From Phoronis australis (Eukaryota; Animalia; Phoronida): 64,000 nt of DNA. Position numbers and translations under genes: made by a program. The notes under the pieces were generated by a model. It was not told the origin of the DNA. It saw only the letters and a list, made by a program, of their open reading frames with translations, and did no database searches. How positions within the stretch are numbered: position 1 is the first letter of the stretch; the number at the start of each line of letters is the position of its first letter. The stretch is taken from NCBI GenBank assembly GCA_002633005.1, contig NMRA01000178.1, forward strand, positions 472,062-536,061. The letters run 5' to 3'. This document shows, in pieces, positions 38,930-51,279 of this stretch.

Positions 38930-39372
38930 CAGCCAGCTCTAAAACTTCCAACGAGTCGGAATCTGAAATTGAAATCACGAATATCGTGTTTGCCCCTGGC
39001 GGACCTTCCTCGAACTGTAGCTGTTACGATTGCCGCAAGGGAGGCTGTGGTGCGTCGTGCTGTGACGAAGCTCAGGCTGCTGCGTGGATGTCGTATTTAG
39101 CACCAATATGCAATGCAACCGTATGCAACGCCATGATGGCCGGACGTTCAAAGCCCCCTCCTCTCCGACCACCACGACCTCCAGAAAACCCTGCCATGGG
39201 TCAGCTGAAACAACACGTGTTAGCATCACTTGCTAAAGAACTCGTTCTCGACAAATGCGTTGGCAACCAGTTCCTCATGAATGCTGCTAGAAATAGATTG
39301 GGTAAAATAATTTTTAACGATATGTTGGGGAAAAATTGTAAGCCTGGAGACTTCAGAAGAAGGCGTTACTGA
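38930..39372 (+). CDS. Cluster gene C terminal exon (~147 codons), Cys-rich then Pro-rich; upstream exon unresolved
   Basis: Acceptor ctttttccag, phase 1; ASSKTSNESESEIEITNIVFAPGGPSSNCSCYDCRKGGCGASCC...FRRRRY*; AATAAA at ~39380. Candidate first exon 36387-36450 (weak donor) or gene B exon 2. Confidence 0.7.
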
Positions 39373-39459
39373 CAGGATTAATAAACGTTTTATGTTTTAT
39401 GTACAATGGATGTATGTTTTGATGGCAGTGCTAAGGCCTCAGTACACGTGCTCTCGTAG

Positions 39460-39775
39460 CAGTCTCGGATTATCCGTAAGCTAATTAAGCTACAGTTTGT
39501 GGACCCCGAGCAAAATTGGGGACCAACACTTCTCCACAGGGGCTATTCCATGGGGCGACCGAGGGTGGCTATCCATTAATCTAACAAAACGGCTTGAAAA
39601 ATATGAGGAAGAGTAGCGGAAATTAGGGCCTGTCATGTCGCTGCAGGGGCCCCTCGAAATTTGCGACTATGGAGGTGGAGGCCGTCCAAAAATTGTGGCA
39701 AAAGGGGGCATTGTGCAATTAAGGGCCCTAGACTTTTTATAGCTTGGGACCCCGACAAATTTTAATCCGGCACTG
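39460..39775. mobile_element. hAT-like MITE
   Basis: cagtctcggatta ... taatccggcactg; flanks tctcgtag / cctcggag (6/8 match, possible 8-bp TSD). Confidence 0.5.
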
Positions 39776-40199
39776 CCTCGGAGATGATGCCAAGTGAGTG
39801 GTCGCATCTGCTTATTTTCTCACTGAATACAATTAAAATTGTATTGTTTAGCGGTTTATTCCAAAAGTGATGAATGCTTGAGAGAACTTTCGTTGTGTGA
39901 CACTCTACGTTGGACACTGGACATAATTTTGGGTTGGAATGTGTATTGGCGCTAAACAGTTAACATCTGTCGCAGGATTGTTTGATGACCACAGTTATCC
40001 TGTCTCTAGCGTGTATTATTTGGTTGGGAGGATTATCCACTTCATGTTTCACTATGTAGTAAGCCAAATCACAATCAAATATATATGTCGTCTGACGTCC
40101 CACATTATTTCAAGTGTTTTCCACTTCAGTGTGCCGATTGCGTACGCACAAACATCTGGCCTATCTCCATACTTGCATCTACGTTTCAGACCCTCCTCC

Positions 40200-40343
40200 C
40201 GTTCAGTAACGCTAGGACCTCGCTAAAAAGCAAGACTTCACGAGATTACGAGGTGAGACGTTGCCGTGTATTTTAAATGAGAACACGTGACTTTGACTAG
40301 GTTTTAGCTAGGTCCTACCGTAGGTCCTAGCGTCTACTGAACG
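40200..40343. mobile_element. MITE, CGTTCAGTAACGCTAGGACC family (copy 2)
   Basis: Same TIRs and internal sequence as 4239-4369. Confidence 0.75.
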
Positions 40344-40596
40344 CACGCCCTATTTGCAGTGCTGTAGTGGTAGAATTAGTGTTAAGTAGGCGCCCAAAGC
40401 CCACCGTATCACCTTGAGCACTGAACGTAACTTACGGTGCGTAGGCGCTACGTGCCAATTAAAAGGTGGTTGGCTGCGCCTACATGCGCCTACGCCCCAC
40501 TACTGATTATCTGCTGTCAAATATCCTCCCATATGTAGAGAGTGCAGAGACTGCATACTGAAACTAATTCCCAAGCATACGATCACATACCAAGAA

Positions 40597-40776
40597 TTAA
40601 CCTATTTTGAGTGACGCCTTAACTGATCAATCAGAACACAGCATTCTTGACACACCTTCGTTTCCAAGCCCCTATTTTACCCGACAAGCAACACGTTGTC
40701 GGGTAAAAACCTATTGTTTGTTTGTCTTTGTGTCACGTGACCTTTTGCAAAGGGACGGAGCTTGCGATAGGTCAAT
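40597..40776. mobile_element. Short non-autonomous derivative of the THAP element at 23640
   Basis: Shares caatca.aac.cagcattcttg.cacaccttcgt...ttttacccgacaa; ends attaacctat / ataggtcaat. Confidence 0.5.
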
Positions 40777-41948
40777 GGTGCGATGACACCTGGCTTACAC
40801 ATTGGGACAACTATGTTGCATACTCAGCAGAATTAATGCCAAGCAGAATATTAGCCACTTTGCTCAGAAGTTTTAAGTTGTGATTGTCACATTTCTTGTC
40901 CGATTTTCAAAATTCAGATACCAAACCAGGAGTTTGTTTCACGAACTATTCAAATATGCTTTTCAAAAACATTCAAGACAGAAATTTAAAAAATACTATT
41001 GTAGCTCCCAGTGTGTTAATGATGGGTCTCATTATCTATAGAACGCTAACTTCAATAGTCTGTGGCGTCCACAGGCGACGTAATTGCCTACACTGGCCTG
41101 CGTGGTTTCTTTGAGATTGGCGGCGGATTTCAAGCCAAGCAATTAACGTGTCGAGTTGAGCAATTTCGACCGGTGAGGGTGTCAACTGAGGATTCACGTC
41201 ATGCAGTTAAGCTAAAATATCTCCGCAGAAAGAAACATATAACATTTTGCCAAACGAGGTTATTCTGCGTTGTAAATGCAATTCGAATAGCCTTTTCAGC
41301 ATTTAGAATCAGAGGTCGAGTGGTTGGTGCAACTGCCATAAGCTGCTTCCATGTACCTGTTGAGTAACCTACCATGGCGTCAGAAAATGCGCCAGTAGAT
41401 GTGAGCCTACATGGGCGGGTTTCCAGCTTCTAACATCAAAAAATAGCTTACATGTAAAATTAATATTCTAGTAAAGCAAACAAGGTGTATACAATAAAAT
41501 GCAGGTATGACAACAAAAATTGATGTGTGGTCGAAGTGTGTATCTGTGCGAACATTTTTTATCGAATGCTTAGACTCGGACACTAATCAAGTATTAACAG
41601 TTGAGTGTAAGGTTCCATGGGAGTAGTGCTTTCTTATTGACATTGCCGTTTTACCGATACTTGTCTCAGATATGAGTGCCTGATCAAACAAAATCTGTCG
41701 CCTCTTGGCGTTGGCTTCCTGGCGGCAGCAATTTCGTACTCGTTATATGTCAGTCAACACTAAAGAGAATCAGCGGCAATAATTAATAGTGAATGGTGAA
41801 GTTTGTGAAACGAGACATGCAAAAAAACCTCATTCTGGAGCATTTAAGGAAAGATACGGGGCCCGCTCCAGGGCATTTCCTGTCTGCACGGGAGACGACC
41901 TCGTTGGGACTTTAGTAGTAAAGGCATATGTCAAAACTCAATTCCCAC

Positions 41949-42537
41949 CCCGCTAGTTCCTTGCGTGTCCGCCAGAAGGTAAAGAACACGCAGGTATCAT
42001 TCAGTACCACGCGCTTGATCACTGCTGAATGCATCCTCGGCAGTCATTGGTAATTAGCTTTACAACAAAGAAAGAAAATGGCGGACTGTGAACGATTTCT
42101 AGTCTTGTGCGTAACAGTAAATATTTCTTACGGTTTCTACAGTAATGTTTAATAGATGCGAGTTTGAAGCAAAGCAAACACATCTGGCCCATTTAACCGG
42201 TATGTTATTTACACTGCGTGAATACAGGACAACAACGCAAACAAAAGTCAGCGACAGTAGAAAAATGCACACCGAAAAAGCACAACCACTACTTTCCGAT
42301 TCACACTTCTTGTACATATCCCAATTAAGCACCGATTTGTCTGTACACCAGACCACAAACTATATCCACATAATACACTTCCTCCATCAGTCATTTGCCA
42401 GTTTGTTTACGTAAAGTGCTACCTGTTGGTAATTCGACCAGCCAATCAGAAACGTTGGTGCAAAAAATTTCCCTAGGAAAATTAAATGAGATCTGCGTGT
42501 TCTCCACCCCCTAACGGACACGCAGGGAACCAGCGAG
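41949..42537. mobile_element. Non-autonomous Mutator-like (MULE) element: ~45-bp TIRs, 9-bp TSD AATTCCCAC
   Basis: cgctagttccttgcgtgtccgccagaaggtaaagaacacgcag vs ctgcgtgttctccaccccctaacggacacgcagggaaccagcg; aattcccac at 41940-41948 and 42538-42546. Confidence 0.8.
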
Positions 42538-43095
42538 AATTCCCACATGCAAGACAGGCAATCCACCTAAAGCTCAAGGAGCGCCCCCAGTTGGAGGAGA
42601 ACGTTAGTCATCGTCTACTCAAAGTATTTGTGTGAGGTCAGAGCCACCACAAAATGTTCGATATAATCATGAAACGTAACTGCTTGATGTTTTAACGTAC
42701 TTTAGTTGTAAGCTCTAATTCGTTCAATTCGTAACTCCATCTAAGGCTGCTCCTGGATAACCGTGTACCCCTTTGTGAGATCGTACACCGACCAGTAGAC
42801 GTACATGTAGCATTTAGTGCGTTTTTTTGGGAACGACCCCAGTCATGTCTATTTACACTGTCGATTTGTTGTAGACTAAAACCATGTAGTTTAACCCATT
42901 CAGAAAAAACTTAGGAATAATATATCTTGCCTCCAGCTAACCAAGTTCATGCGTGTCTTCATTCAGAGCAACTTCTTTTTTGTGAAGATTTCTGTTGATT
43001 GCGTAATTATTACATTACAATAATTGAACATGTATGAAGCAACAGTACAAATAAGGCCATCTTTTTGAAAGTATGGTTATGAATTTTTTAGGGAA

Positions 43096-44175
43096 ATGGT
43101 TGAAAGCAAAACATCACAAACAGTCGGGAATAAAAAGTCAAGTACAGCACTGAATGGAGAAGCCGAGCGGAAAGAAAGTGTGTCGCAAAATGGTAAAAGA
43201 AAACAGAATACACACAAAGCAAAGTTGCGATCAAAAAGCAAGAAGAAAAAATCCGGCACAAAGACTAGGTCAAGGTCAAAACTAAAAGTAAAGAGAAAGT
43301 CGCAAAGCAAGAAGACCAGAACAAAAAGCAAAAAAGGGAAAAAAACCCGTCGCAGGTCAAGAGGCAAAAGTTTGAGCTCAGGAACACCATCTGGAAACGA
43401 ACAACTTTCTTCAGCCCTCGCGCTTTTGGACAAACTCCGGTCAAGATCAAATCAAGATTGGGCAGAGGCAATAACGAATGAATCAAAGTCATTTGGCGAA
43501 CTCAAAGGGAGTTCCAACGTGGGTATTACAACGACTACGACGACTGACATGCTCAAACCTCCTGGAAAAGAAAACAGGAGAAAATCTTCATCTCTTCAAA
43601 CACGTTCCAGATCAAGCCACGAAAATACAAAGAGTTCAGTATCTGTCAAAGTTGACTCTGCATCAAAGGAAGATAAATTTTTCAATAATAATTCAAAAAC
43701 AACTACTACTAAACGTGCCAGCTACGTATCACGTTCGAGATCCAGTCTGAAACGACGACCTATTTCCAACAATGCGACGATCTCGTTGTTAGACGATAGT
43801 GACGATGAGCACGATTCAGTGTGTGGAAGCAGCAGCCGCAGCCGAAGCAAGGGCTCCAGCCGCTCCACCTGTAGTCAAATGAACAAAAAGAGAAAGAGAA
43901 AACGTAAAAAGAAAAAAGGGGGGAAGCGCAGAAAGAGGAGAACAAAGAAAAGGAGACGCAAACGAAGGAGAAAAAAGAGAAAAATGGTAATTTGCAAAAA
44001 AGCAGCCCTGAGGGTGTTCGGAAAAACAGGTCCTTGTTATGCCGGTCTGCGACCAGCGAAAATGCCAGGTTTCGGAAACGCGGGTAGAATGAAGACTATT
44101 CCAGAACATATTGCAGATCTGCAGTTTTGTATTGTGAAAGGAGGTGGCCCGTGTGAGTATTACCGTCGTCATTGA
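43096..44175 (+). CDS. Cluster gene D, 359 aa, intronless protamine-like Lys/Arg/Ser-rich protein with Cys-containing C-terminus
   Basis: Uninterrupted ORF, gaaATGG context, ~35-residue K/R tract, motifs ISNNATISL and KMPGFG; AATAAA at ~44298. Confidence 0.85.
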   Translation: MVESKTSQTVGNKKSSTALNGEAERKESVSQNGKRKQNTHKAKLRSKSKKKKSGTKTRSRSKLKVKRKSQSKKTRTKSKKGKKTRRRSRGKSLSSGTPSGNEQLSSALALLDKLRSRSNQDWAEAITNESKSFGELKGSSNVGITTTTTTDMLKPPGKENRRKSSSLQTRSRSSHENTKSSVSVKVDSASKEDKFFNNNSKTTTTKRASYVSRSRSSLKRRPISNNATISLLDDSDDEHDSVCGSSSRSRSKGSSRSTCSQMNKKRKRKRKKKKGGKRRKRRTKKRRRKRRRKKRKMVICKKAALRVFGKTGPCYAGLRPAKMPGFGNAGRMKTIPEHIADLQFCIVKGGGPCEYYRRH

Positions 44176-45952
44176 TTGTTGTCTTTCTGAATGCAATTTT
44201 GAAATCTTGTTAACAAAGAAGTTGCCAGTGAAACTTTCACGACAGAATTCGTCTGCCGAGGCAAGTCAAATGATTGTAAAAGAACAGAACGCGATGAAAT
44301 AAAAATGAAGTCGTTTTTTACACCAGAACATGGTTCACTGCGGGTTAAAAGATGACTTGTTTAGGCTCAAACACAACTGGGAAGGATTAAAGGGGGTTCG
44401 CCACATGATGCACGCAATTTCCCGGATCACGCCAGATTTTTCCCCCTCCTCCGCCATCATCGGATTGTTCCAACGAACGCCCGCCGTTGCGAAGATCCGC
44501 TAGTGCAAAGTCAATATGTGGTCTTCGTAAGCCTCCTATTGCAGCGGATCATTTTTATTTTATGGAACACTTAAATAAAGGTGGGGAAACTATTCTCAAG
44601 CATCTAAAATTTACGTGGTTACCACTGGTGGTCAAGTGGCAAAGACTTTGGTTGGTGTTTCTGTAATTATGTTAGCCTGGCATCTACAGTTATAGTCTCC
44701 ACGTTTAATTGTTAATTCACACATAAGTTTATGTGCGTAAACAGCCTGAACAAACCTTTCGCGCTATTTCACAAATCCGTCCACCCGTGTATAAGAACAG
44801 TGTCACTGTTTTTCTTCTGGCTTCTGCGTTCAAAATAAACTGCGTGTCTCAAAAATTGATGCTGATACTCCGCTCAAGGCTTCCATAATTCAGATGCTTG
44901 GTAAGAAGTTGATAGAACAATTACCGTGAACTATGGGGTGTTACTTGAGCCGGGGCTCTCTAGTGCCTGGCTCTAACTCCATATGTCTTCTTTTTACAAC
45001 CAGTAAAGAAATCAACGTTGAACGCTATAGGAAACCATGGAAAAGCTTAACATAATTTGAGGCTCAATTTTGAGACGGTATCTTCTCTTCCTACTGCTAG
45101 ATTACAACATTTTCACAAAGTTGCTTTGCTTTGTAACTTCTTTTATAAATTATGTTTCGACGCCAACTCCGTGATTCAAGTGTTAAACACTCTGACTCTA
45201 ACATGCTTTACTGCTAACAAGCATTTCAAACTGCATATCATAACATTTCTAACATTAGATATTTTGAAAATTCTTAAGTGATATTGCCGTGTTATTCTCA
45301 GAAGTATGTGTTCTTCCTTGTTCTACTTTAGCAGCAACACTTGAAACATTTAAATCAAATCGTAACAAGTATTTACACAATTTGTTGAGAATGTATTCGA
45401 TTTTTTCCATTCGTGGAAACTCCAAGTCTTTGAGCCGTTAGCTAGAGTAGGTAACATTGAAGCATCTGTCTTACCGTCACCGGCTATCGCAGAACTTCAG
45501 CATATGTGTTTGTTGTACAGGGTAGGCCTACTTTTGATGTATTTGTGATACTTTTCTTGTGCCTCGCTTAACATTTCCATATTTAACTCTGCGATGCTTT
45601 CAATTCGTACACAACCAAAAACAAGTTTTCAAATTGACGTAAAATGCCACTATTCTTACCATTTGCTTGCAATTTCCTCTTCCCACAATAGGACTCTAGT
45701 TCGTTAAAGAGTCTGCATGGTTTTGCTGCCGAAAACCTCGTTTTGGAGTTGCTGCTGAATGACATCTTGAAGTTATTGGCTTTGACCAGGGCCACAAAAC
45801 CAAAACCGTCGTGATTTTGTGATTTTATTGCAAATTGCCAATTCTTGTCGTTGTCTGCCAAACATTCGTTTAAATCAAGGGCGACGTCTTGACCACTTAA
45901 ATACGCTTAATATATCCCCCTACTCTAGGACTATACTCCCAGCTACATTTAA

Positions 45953-47251
45953 AGGCGAAGGCAACATTTTTCCATGTCATTTTGAGCTAAAATAAGGTTG
46001 GTTGGTTATCCTAGACATATTTTTCACTTAATTACAGCTTTTCGTAATTTTATTAATTACTCGTCCGCTTTTCCGGAAGTGACGTTTTAGGAGGCAAGCG
46101 CTTCCCGCCACTTGGTTTTGCGTTGAGCTTACTGTGCGACTCTGTTCTATTCTACTTTTGTTTTGTGCTATTTTTCACCAATTGTCGCCACCACTTTCCA
46201 TCGGCGAGTATTCTGCGGCAAGATAGGTTAGTAGAGAACTCAACTGCGTTGGATTTAGGGATTGTTTAGTGTGTTGTAAGCTGAAAATGGCTGGANACTG
46301 CTTACATTGTGTCGTGTGACTCCCTCGCCACACACCTGGCACCTTCTAAATAGCTCCAACACTTTAGACAAGTCCACAATAAACTTATCAAAGTTTGGCT
46401 CACCGATCTGTTCACTGGACGACGAACTGTCCTCTTCACTGGGTGTCGAACTGGGCCTGTAATCACTCCCACTACTCAATATCGCTGCAGGGCTGCTTAG
46501 AGGCTCTGGGCTGGAGAAAACAGCACAGGGCGAATCACTACTGGTTCCAGGAATTGCACGCTCTGGGGTACGTTCGGAGGCACGGGTGACAGTAGATGAA
46601 GTGCCTCCACTGGCTCCAGTCACTGTACTGGCCACAGCTCGCGAGGCTTCTCGCTTCAAAAACGCACTTCTCGGGGGTGGCGACGGGGCACTGCCGGGAA
46701 TCAACACAGACGGAATGGCATCCTTCTTCAAGCGTTGTTTCGCGGGGACCTTCATCAGTTCAGCGTACAAATCCCTTTCGTAATCGGACGGCAGAAAGTG
46801 CTTGCCACACACACGGTAATTCTCCACTGCTTTGTACGTTGCGTGGACGGGTAACGCTGCGTTCTTCACACGAACGAGCCAAGTACGGCGAAGTGTGTCA
46901 TCCATCGCATAGCGATGCAAAGACACTCCCAAAGCGCGCGTGAGCCGATAATTACTACATCCCGGTACGCAGCAACAGTGTGGCATGTTGACTGACTAGT
47001 AAATGAAAGCGAACGACGAGGGAACTTAACACAACCGAGGTAGAACAATGACTGACTCGGCAGCTCTCACAGTCAGACTATGTGAAAAGAAATTGGCGGG
47101 AAGCGCTTGCCTCCTAAAACGTCACTTCCGGAAAAGCGGGCGAATAATTAATAAAATTACGAAAAGCTGTAATTAAGTGAAAAATATGTCTAGGATAACC
47201 AACCAACCTTATTTTAGCTCAAAATGACATGGAAAAAGGTTGCCTTCGCCT
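45953..47251. mobile_element. Kolobok-type DNA transposon (middle collapsed at N 46296)
   Basis: TTAA on both sides (45949-45952, 47252-47255), AG...CT termini, ~158-bp near-perfect TIRs (45953-46110 / 47094-47251), internal THAP ORF. Confidence 0.85.
46297..46986 (-). CDS. THAP-domain transposase N-terminal part (truncated by assembly gap)
   Basis: MPHCCCVPGCSN...SLHRY...RRTWL...RVCGKHF...DY...LKKDAIPSV is a C2CH THAP signature; a Ser/Pro-rich linker follows, then KFIV...LELFRRCQVCG; reading beyond the N is unreliable. Confidence 0.88.
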
Positions 47252-47260
47252 TTAACGTGT

Positions 47261-47331
47261 GGGATTTGGCTCAGCGGCTGAGCGTTCGGCTGCTACTGCG
47301 GTGACAATGAGGTCGATTCCGCGGTACTGCT
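47261..47331 (+). mobile_element. tRNA-derived SINE-like head
   Basis: A-box tggctcagcgg and B-box-like ggtcgattcc at tRNA-like spacing; no clean cloverleaf. Confidence 0.35.
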
Positions 47332-48110
47332 AATTTCTCGCTGAGAACGATCTTTAATCAGTTTTTCCTGCCAACTGCAGTATGTTAGCCAATACCAACA
47401 TACAGAAGTTCAATAGTCGAATATTAACACGTGATTCGCTGTTCGTCTTCAACGCTTTTTCTAAGTCAACAAACATGAGAAAACAAAAAGTGTAGAGCTG
47501 ACATACTTGTCTAACTCCTGCCGTTCCAGTTACACAACCTGTCTCTCTCATTAAAACATACTTCTTCACGTCTTCGTAAATGTGTTTCAAAATGTCATAC
47601 TGCTGTACGTTGTAGTAAATCACTTTGTATTTCAAGCCCTCGATCTGTTTTTACAATCAAACGCCTTTTGACAATCGACAAATAGACAAGAAACACGGCC
47701 TCTTCGTTGACTGAGGTATTTCAAAACAAACTAACATATTCTATATTGTTGAAGAACCTTTGATGAACCCCTCTGCCCACGTATTCAAAAGATTACACAG
47801 TTAACTTCAACAGTGCAATACCAGACTTAAATTGGACTAATTGTCCCAAGGCTCCACTGAGACGGATATGAAAACGCCAGTTCCGATCATGCACGGCGAA
47901 GACCTTCACCCTTTAGGACTGCTAGGTTATGCATAATAAAAAGCCGTCGTCTTTAGAAAACACCAGGCTTGAATACATGTGACACCTTTGTTAACTGTCC
48001 GTAGAGCCACTGAACACACTTAGAGATATACGACTCGAGTGTAAATGAACTCTTCTTAAATCAGCTGCAAAATAAACCGCAATATTTTGCCTCTCAAGGA
48101 GGTTTGGCGA

Positions 48111-49177
48111 ATGTCTCATTTGAGTTCTTTTCCTGGTGAGCGTAAATCCTCACGGTATACGACGAGCAAGGCGAGCTTGTCGATTACGTTGACTACTACG
48201 AGTCTAATTCAGGTCAATGAGCACTTTGCCTGGGTGTGCGCAGGTACATGTAACCGCGTTGAGCAATAGTTCACTTGAGGCAGTCAGATGAGTTCGTAGC
48301 TCTCCGTCTGCCGGTGGCCCTTAGAAAGTATTCCTTATATTTAACGATCAGTTGATCGGAGGAAAGGGGCTCAGGGTGAACAACAATAAAACATTGCTTG
48401 AAATTATTTTCAATCCCTTCGCTAAGACGATGCCTCGTTTTATGTACAGTATAGATTGCAAATCCTCCTGTAGCCAAAGCTTAAGTTTTATGCAAGTGTG
48501 TGCACATAGCCTACCATCTTTAGGTGGATGACCTCGAGATGAAAACAGGGTCACCTAGAAATTCTCCAGGAACAGGAACAGTGTTTGCGTGTAACAAGGT
48601 ATTACGACTTCGTGATTGCATGCATGTTCAGTCTTACGGAATGTGTGTCCAGAAATGTATAATACTCCCGTTGAAGAGCCAGACTCAACACTAAATGGGG
48701 GAGGTGCATTTAAATATAGACTTGTACCAATTTCTCAATCATTTTGTCAACGAAGGTGATTGTTTTGATACTTATTTCTAATTAAGACAAGGCATTTAGT
48801 ATTGAAAAGTATACAGGGTTTGCGATAAACAACCAAATTCTTGGACGAAACATCATCTCTTTAAATTCCCGGGAGCGGCAAAATGCCAGACGAAAGTGTT
48901 CATCCAATTTTTTCTACCGACGTTGGATACAACTGTGATTTTGGTTTGTCAGTAAAAAGCAATATTGGTTTTACTTTCAGTACAATACGGAGCTTTCTGC
49001 CCAGGAATGATTCCAAAATTAGCAAAGAAGAAAGTAAGAATGTGCAAATGTAAGCATGGAAGATGCAAGAAAGAGAAAAGGCAGATGAACATGTTTGGAG
49101 GTGGTGGAATAACCGTGGCGACACCTTGCTGCCAGACTGCATGTACCCCGGGTATGATGTCAAATTATATGAACTAG
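48111..49177 (+). CDS. Cluster gene E, ~73 aa small basic Cys/Met-rich protein
   Basis: Terminal exon 48981-49177 (acceptor ttttactttcag, phase 1: QYGAFCPGMIPKLAKKKVRMCKCKHGRCKK...PCCQTACTPGMMSNYMN*), AATAAA at ~49267; candidate first exon 48111-48135 (MSHLSSFP g|gtgagc). Confidence 0.6.
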
Positions 49178-49775
49178 ATGCAGTGGCATAACGCAGACGT
49201 TCATTTGTTGGTAATAGGTGGGACGCAGTAGGAAGTGACCAGACTATCTATGCAAATGTTTAGGCTAATAAATTTAGAAACTCGAAACAATCTGCGTCGT
49301 TGTTTTGAAACTGCAGAAGTGTAACCTGCATTGCACATGGGAATTAAAATAAAGATCTCATCTCCAGTCATTCACTTCGTCACAGACTAACTGTTCGCAT
49401 CAGAGTTTTCTACTCCTTTTTTCCATAAATCATACTTTATGCAATAGAAGCGGAAGTCTACAAATCCTCCACAGAACAATGCAGAAACGTCAGCAATAAG
49501 ACACGTGTGCAAGTATTTGGCTCTTACTCGCACTTGAACATTGCATCTTTCGTTCACACAGTTTCTGAAAATTGCTCCAAAAATCAGTGTTCTATAACGA
49601 TACACTGTACCCAGCATATTGATGGTTTCGTCATGGAGCTTTAAGGGCATTATAATTAGAAATACTGAGAAAATATTTGCAAAACGTGAACATCAAGCGC
49701 TAATGAATCAACAGATACCTGAGCAAAATGATGAGACGGTGATGACTCCCATCGATTACGATCAGCTCTTCTGGA

Positions 49776-50190
49776 ATGTCATGTAAACGGAAGAACTCTG
49801 CTTTGAGAAATAGTAGCAATAAGAGACGGAGATTCAACATTACATCAAACAATAGCAAGCTTCTGGGAGAAACAGTAAGAAGGTCTATTACATTTAACAG
49901 TGACGATGAAGATATTCCTTCTAGCAGCTCTTTAACAAACCCAAGCACCAGACGAAGTTGTTTGAAAACGAAGAAGGAAAAGAAATCGAAGTCTAAAGGA
50001 GGCAATAAATCAAACGAGAGGGCGAAGAGCAAAAAGTCAATAAAGAAGAAACGCAAAAAGAAAAGAAAGAAACATCATAACTGTGTGGTGAAAACATGCA
50101 GAGTAGGCTGGCCCCCGTGCGTGTCTCCTTTCGTTGTTCCCGGCTTTGGGACCCCCAACACTGGCGCCCCCACAGGGGGACAGTCTACAG
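49776..50190 (+). CDS. Cluster gene F basic exon (Lys/Arg/Ser-rich, VVPGFG motif)
   Basis: ATG 49776, strong phase-1 donor acag|gtaaga at 50191. It can join 50756 (312-aa fusion with the Cys-repeat exon), 50298-50344 (short tail) or 50712 (immediate stop). Confidence 0.78.
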
Positions 50191-50742
50191 GTAAGAAAAC
50201 ATCCATCCTAAGGTACCAGAGTAAAAATGCCCAAAGATTGGTACGTTCGATTTGCAGATATACTTAATTCATGACCGGAATCTCTCGGGTGGTTCAGATG
50301 TTGGATCGTATTGCAAACGGATGATAAATCAAAAGAAAGACTAGGGCCTTGCGTCCTTGTGCTACAGCGACGCGACTCACGCTTGGTGACATATCTGATT
50401 TAGGAAAGCTAGTTTTGATCACGCCTTAGGGTATGGCAATTAAAATCTATTTAGGCTTCCCGAGCGCTGGTATTAGCTTGTGGAAGTACGGGAAAATGGC
50501 ACTTCTGACTACTTCAAAATAGAGTTCACCAGGTACACATTGTCTAACAATTCGGAAATTCGTTTTCATGTTGATAGCAGTGTTCACATGAATTTCCGTT
50601 TCATGACCACGCATGAGCAAATATCCGGGACTACTCTTCCGGCCAGTTTTTGTGTTGTTGTTTACAAATACAAGTTTGTTTCACCGCCAGAGGTCCACTT
50701 CTTTTCAACAGGGAAATGATGATAGTGAAGTACGAGTAAAAA

Positions 50743-51279
50743 ATGTTGTCTTCAGGTAAAGGAAAAGGGAAGATAAAAGTAACTAACTACGTAAACCTGA
50801 TACCGCCAGAAGTCTGCGGCTACCCATTTCAACCTTCGCCATTTGGAATTGCCAATCGCATGAGCTCGTGCTACGACACCTGCGACCCCTGTTGCTCTAC
50901 CGGCAGCCCGTGTTGTCCTAGTCCAATCCCGTGTTGTGCCAACAACTGTGGACCATGTTGTTCTAACAACTGTGGACCATGTTCTTCTAACAACTGTGGA
51001 CCATGTTGTTCTAACAACTGTGGACCATGTTGTTCTAAAAACTGTGGACCATGTTGTTCTAAAAACTGTGGACCATGTTGTTCTAACAACTGCGGGCCAT
51101 GTTGTTCTAAAAACTGCGGGCCATGTTGTTCTAACAACTGCGGGCCATGCTGTTCTAACAACTGCGGACCATGTTGTGGCAACGACTGCTTCTGTGGATC
51201 CTGCTGCAACCCATGTGCTTCTTGTTGTCCTCCTCGATACGGAGACTGCTTCTCGCCTTCTCCGCCCTGTGCACCCTAA
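50743..51279 (+). CDS. Cys-rich CCS(N/K)NCGP-repeat polypeptide (exon 2 of gene F from 50756, or a separate 178-aa gene from ATG 50743)
   Basis: ORF with 10 octapeptide repeats; unique Cys/Pro-rich flanks in the same frame; synonymous variation between units (tgt/tgc, gga/ggg). Confidence 0.82.
   Translation: MLSSGKGKGKIKVTNYVNLIPPEVCGYPFQPSPFGIANRMSSCYDTCDPCCSTGSPCCPSPIPCCANNCGPCCSNNCGPCSSNNCGPCCSNNCGPCCSKNCGPCCSKNCGPCCSNNCGPCCSKNCGPCCSNNCGPCCSNNCGPCCGNDCFCGSCCNPCASCCPPRYGDCFSPSPPCAP
50932..51171 (+). repeat. Coding 24-bp tandem repeat x10
   Basis: tgttgttctaa(c/a)aactg(t/c)gg(a/g)cca. Confidence 0.95.

Noticed and set aside
43096-44175. Histone H1 / PL-I orthologue assignment
   Set aside because: No winged-helix globular domain recognisable; only compositional similarity, so no gene symbol given.
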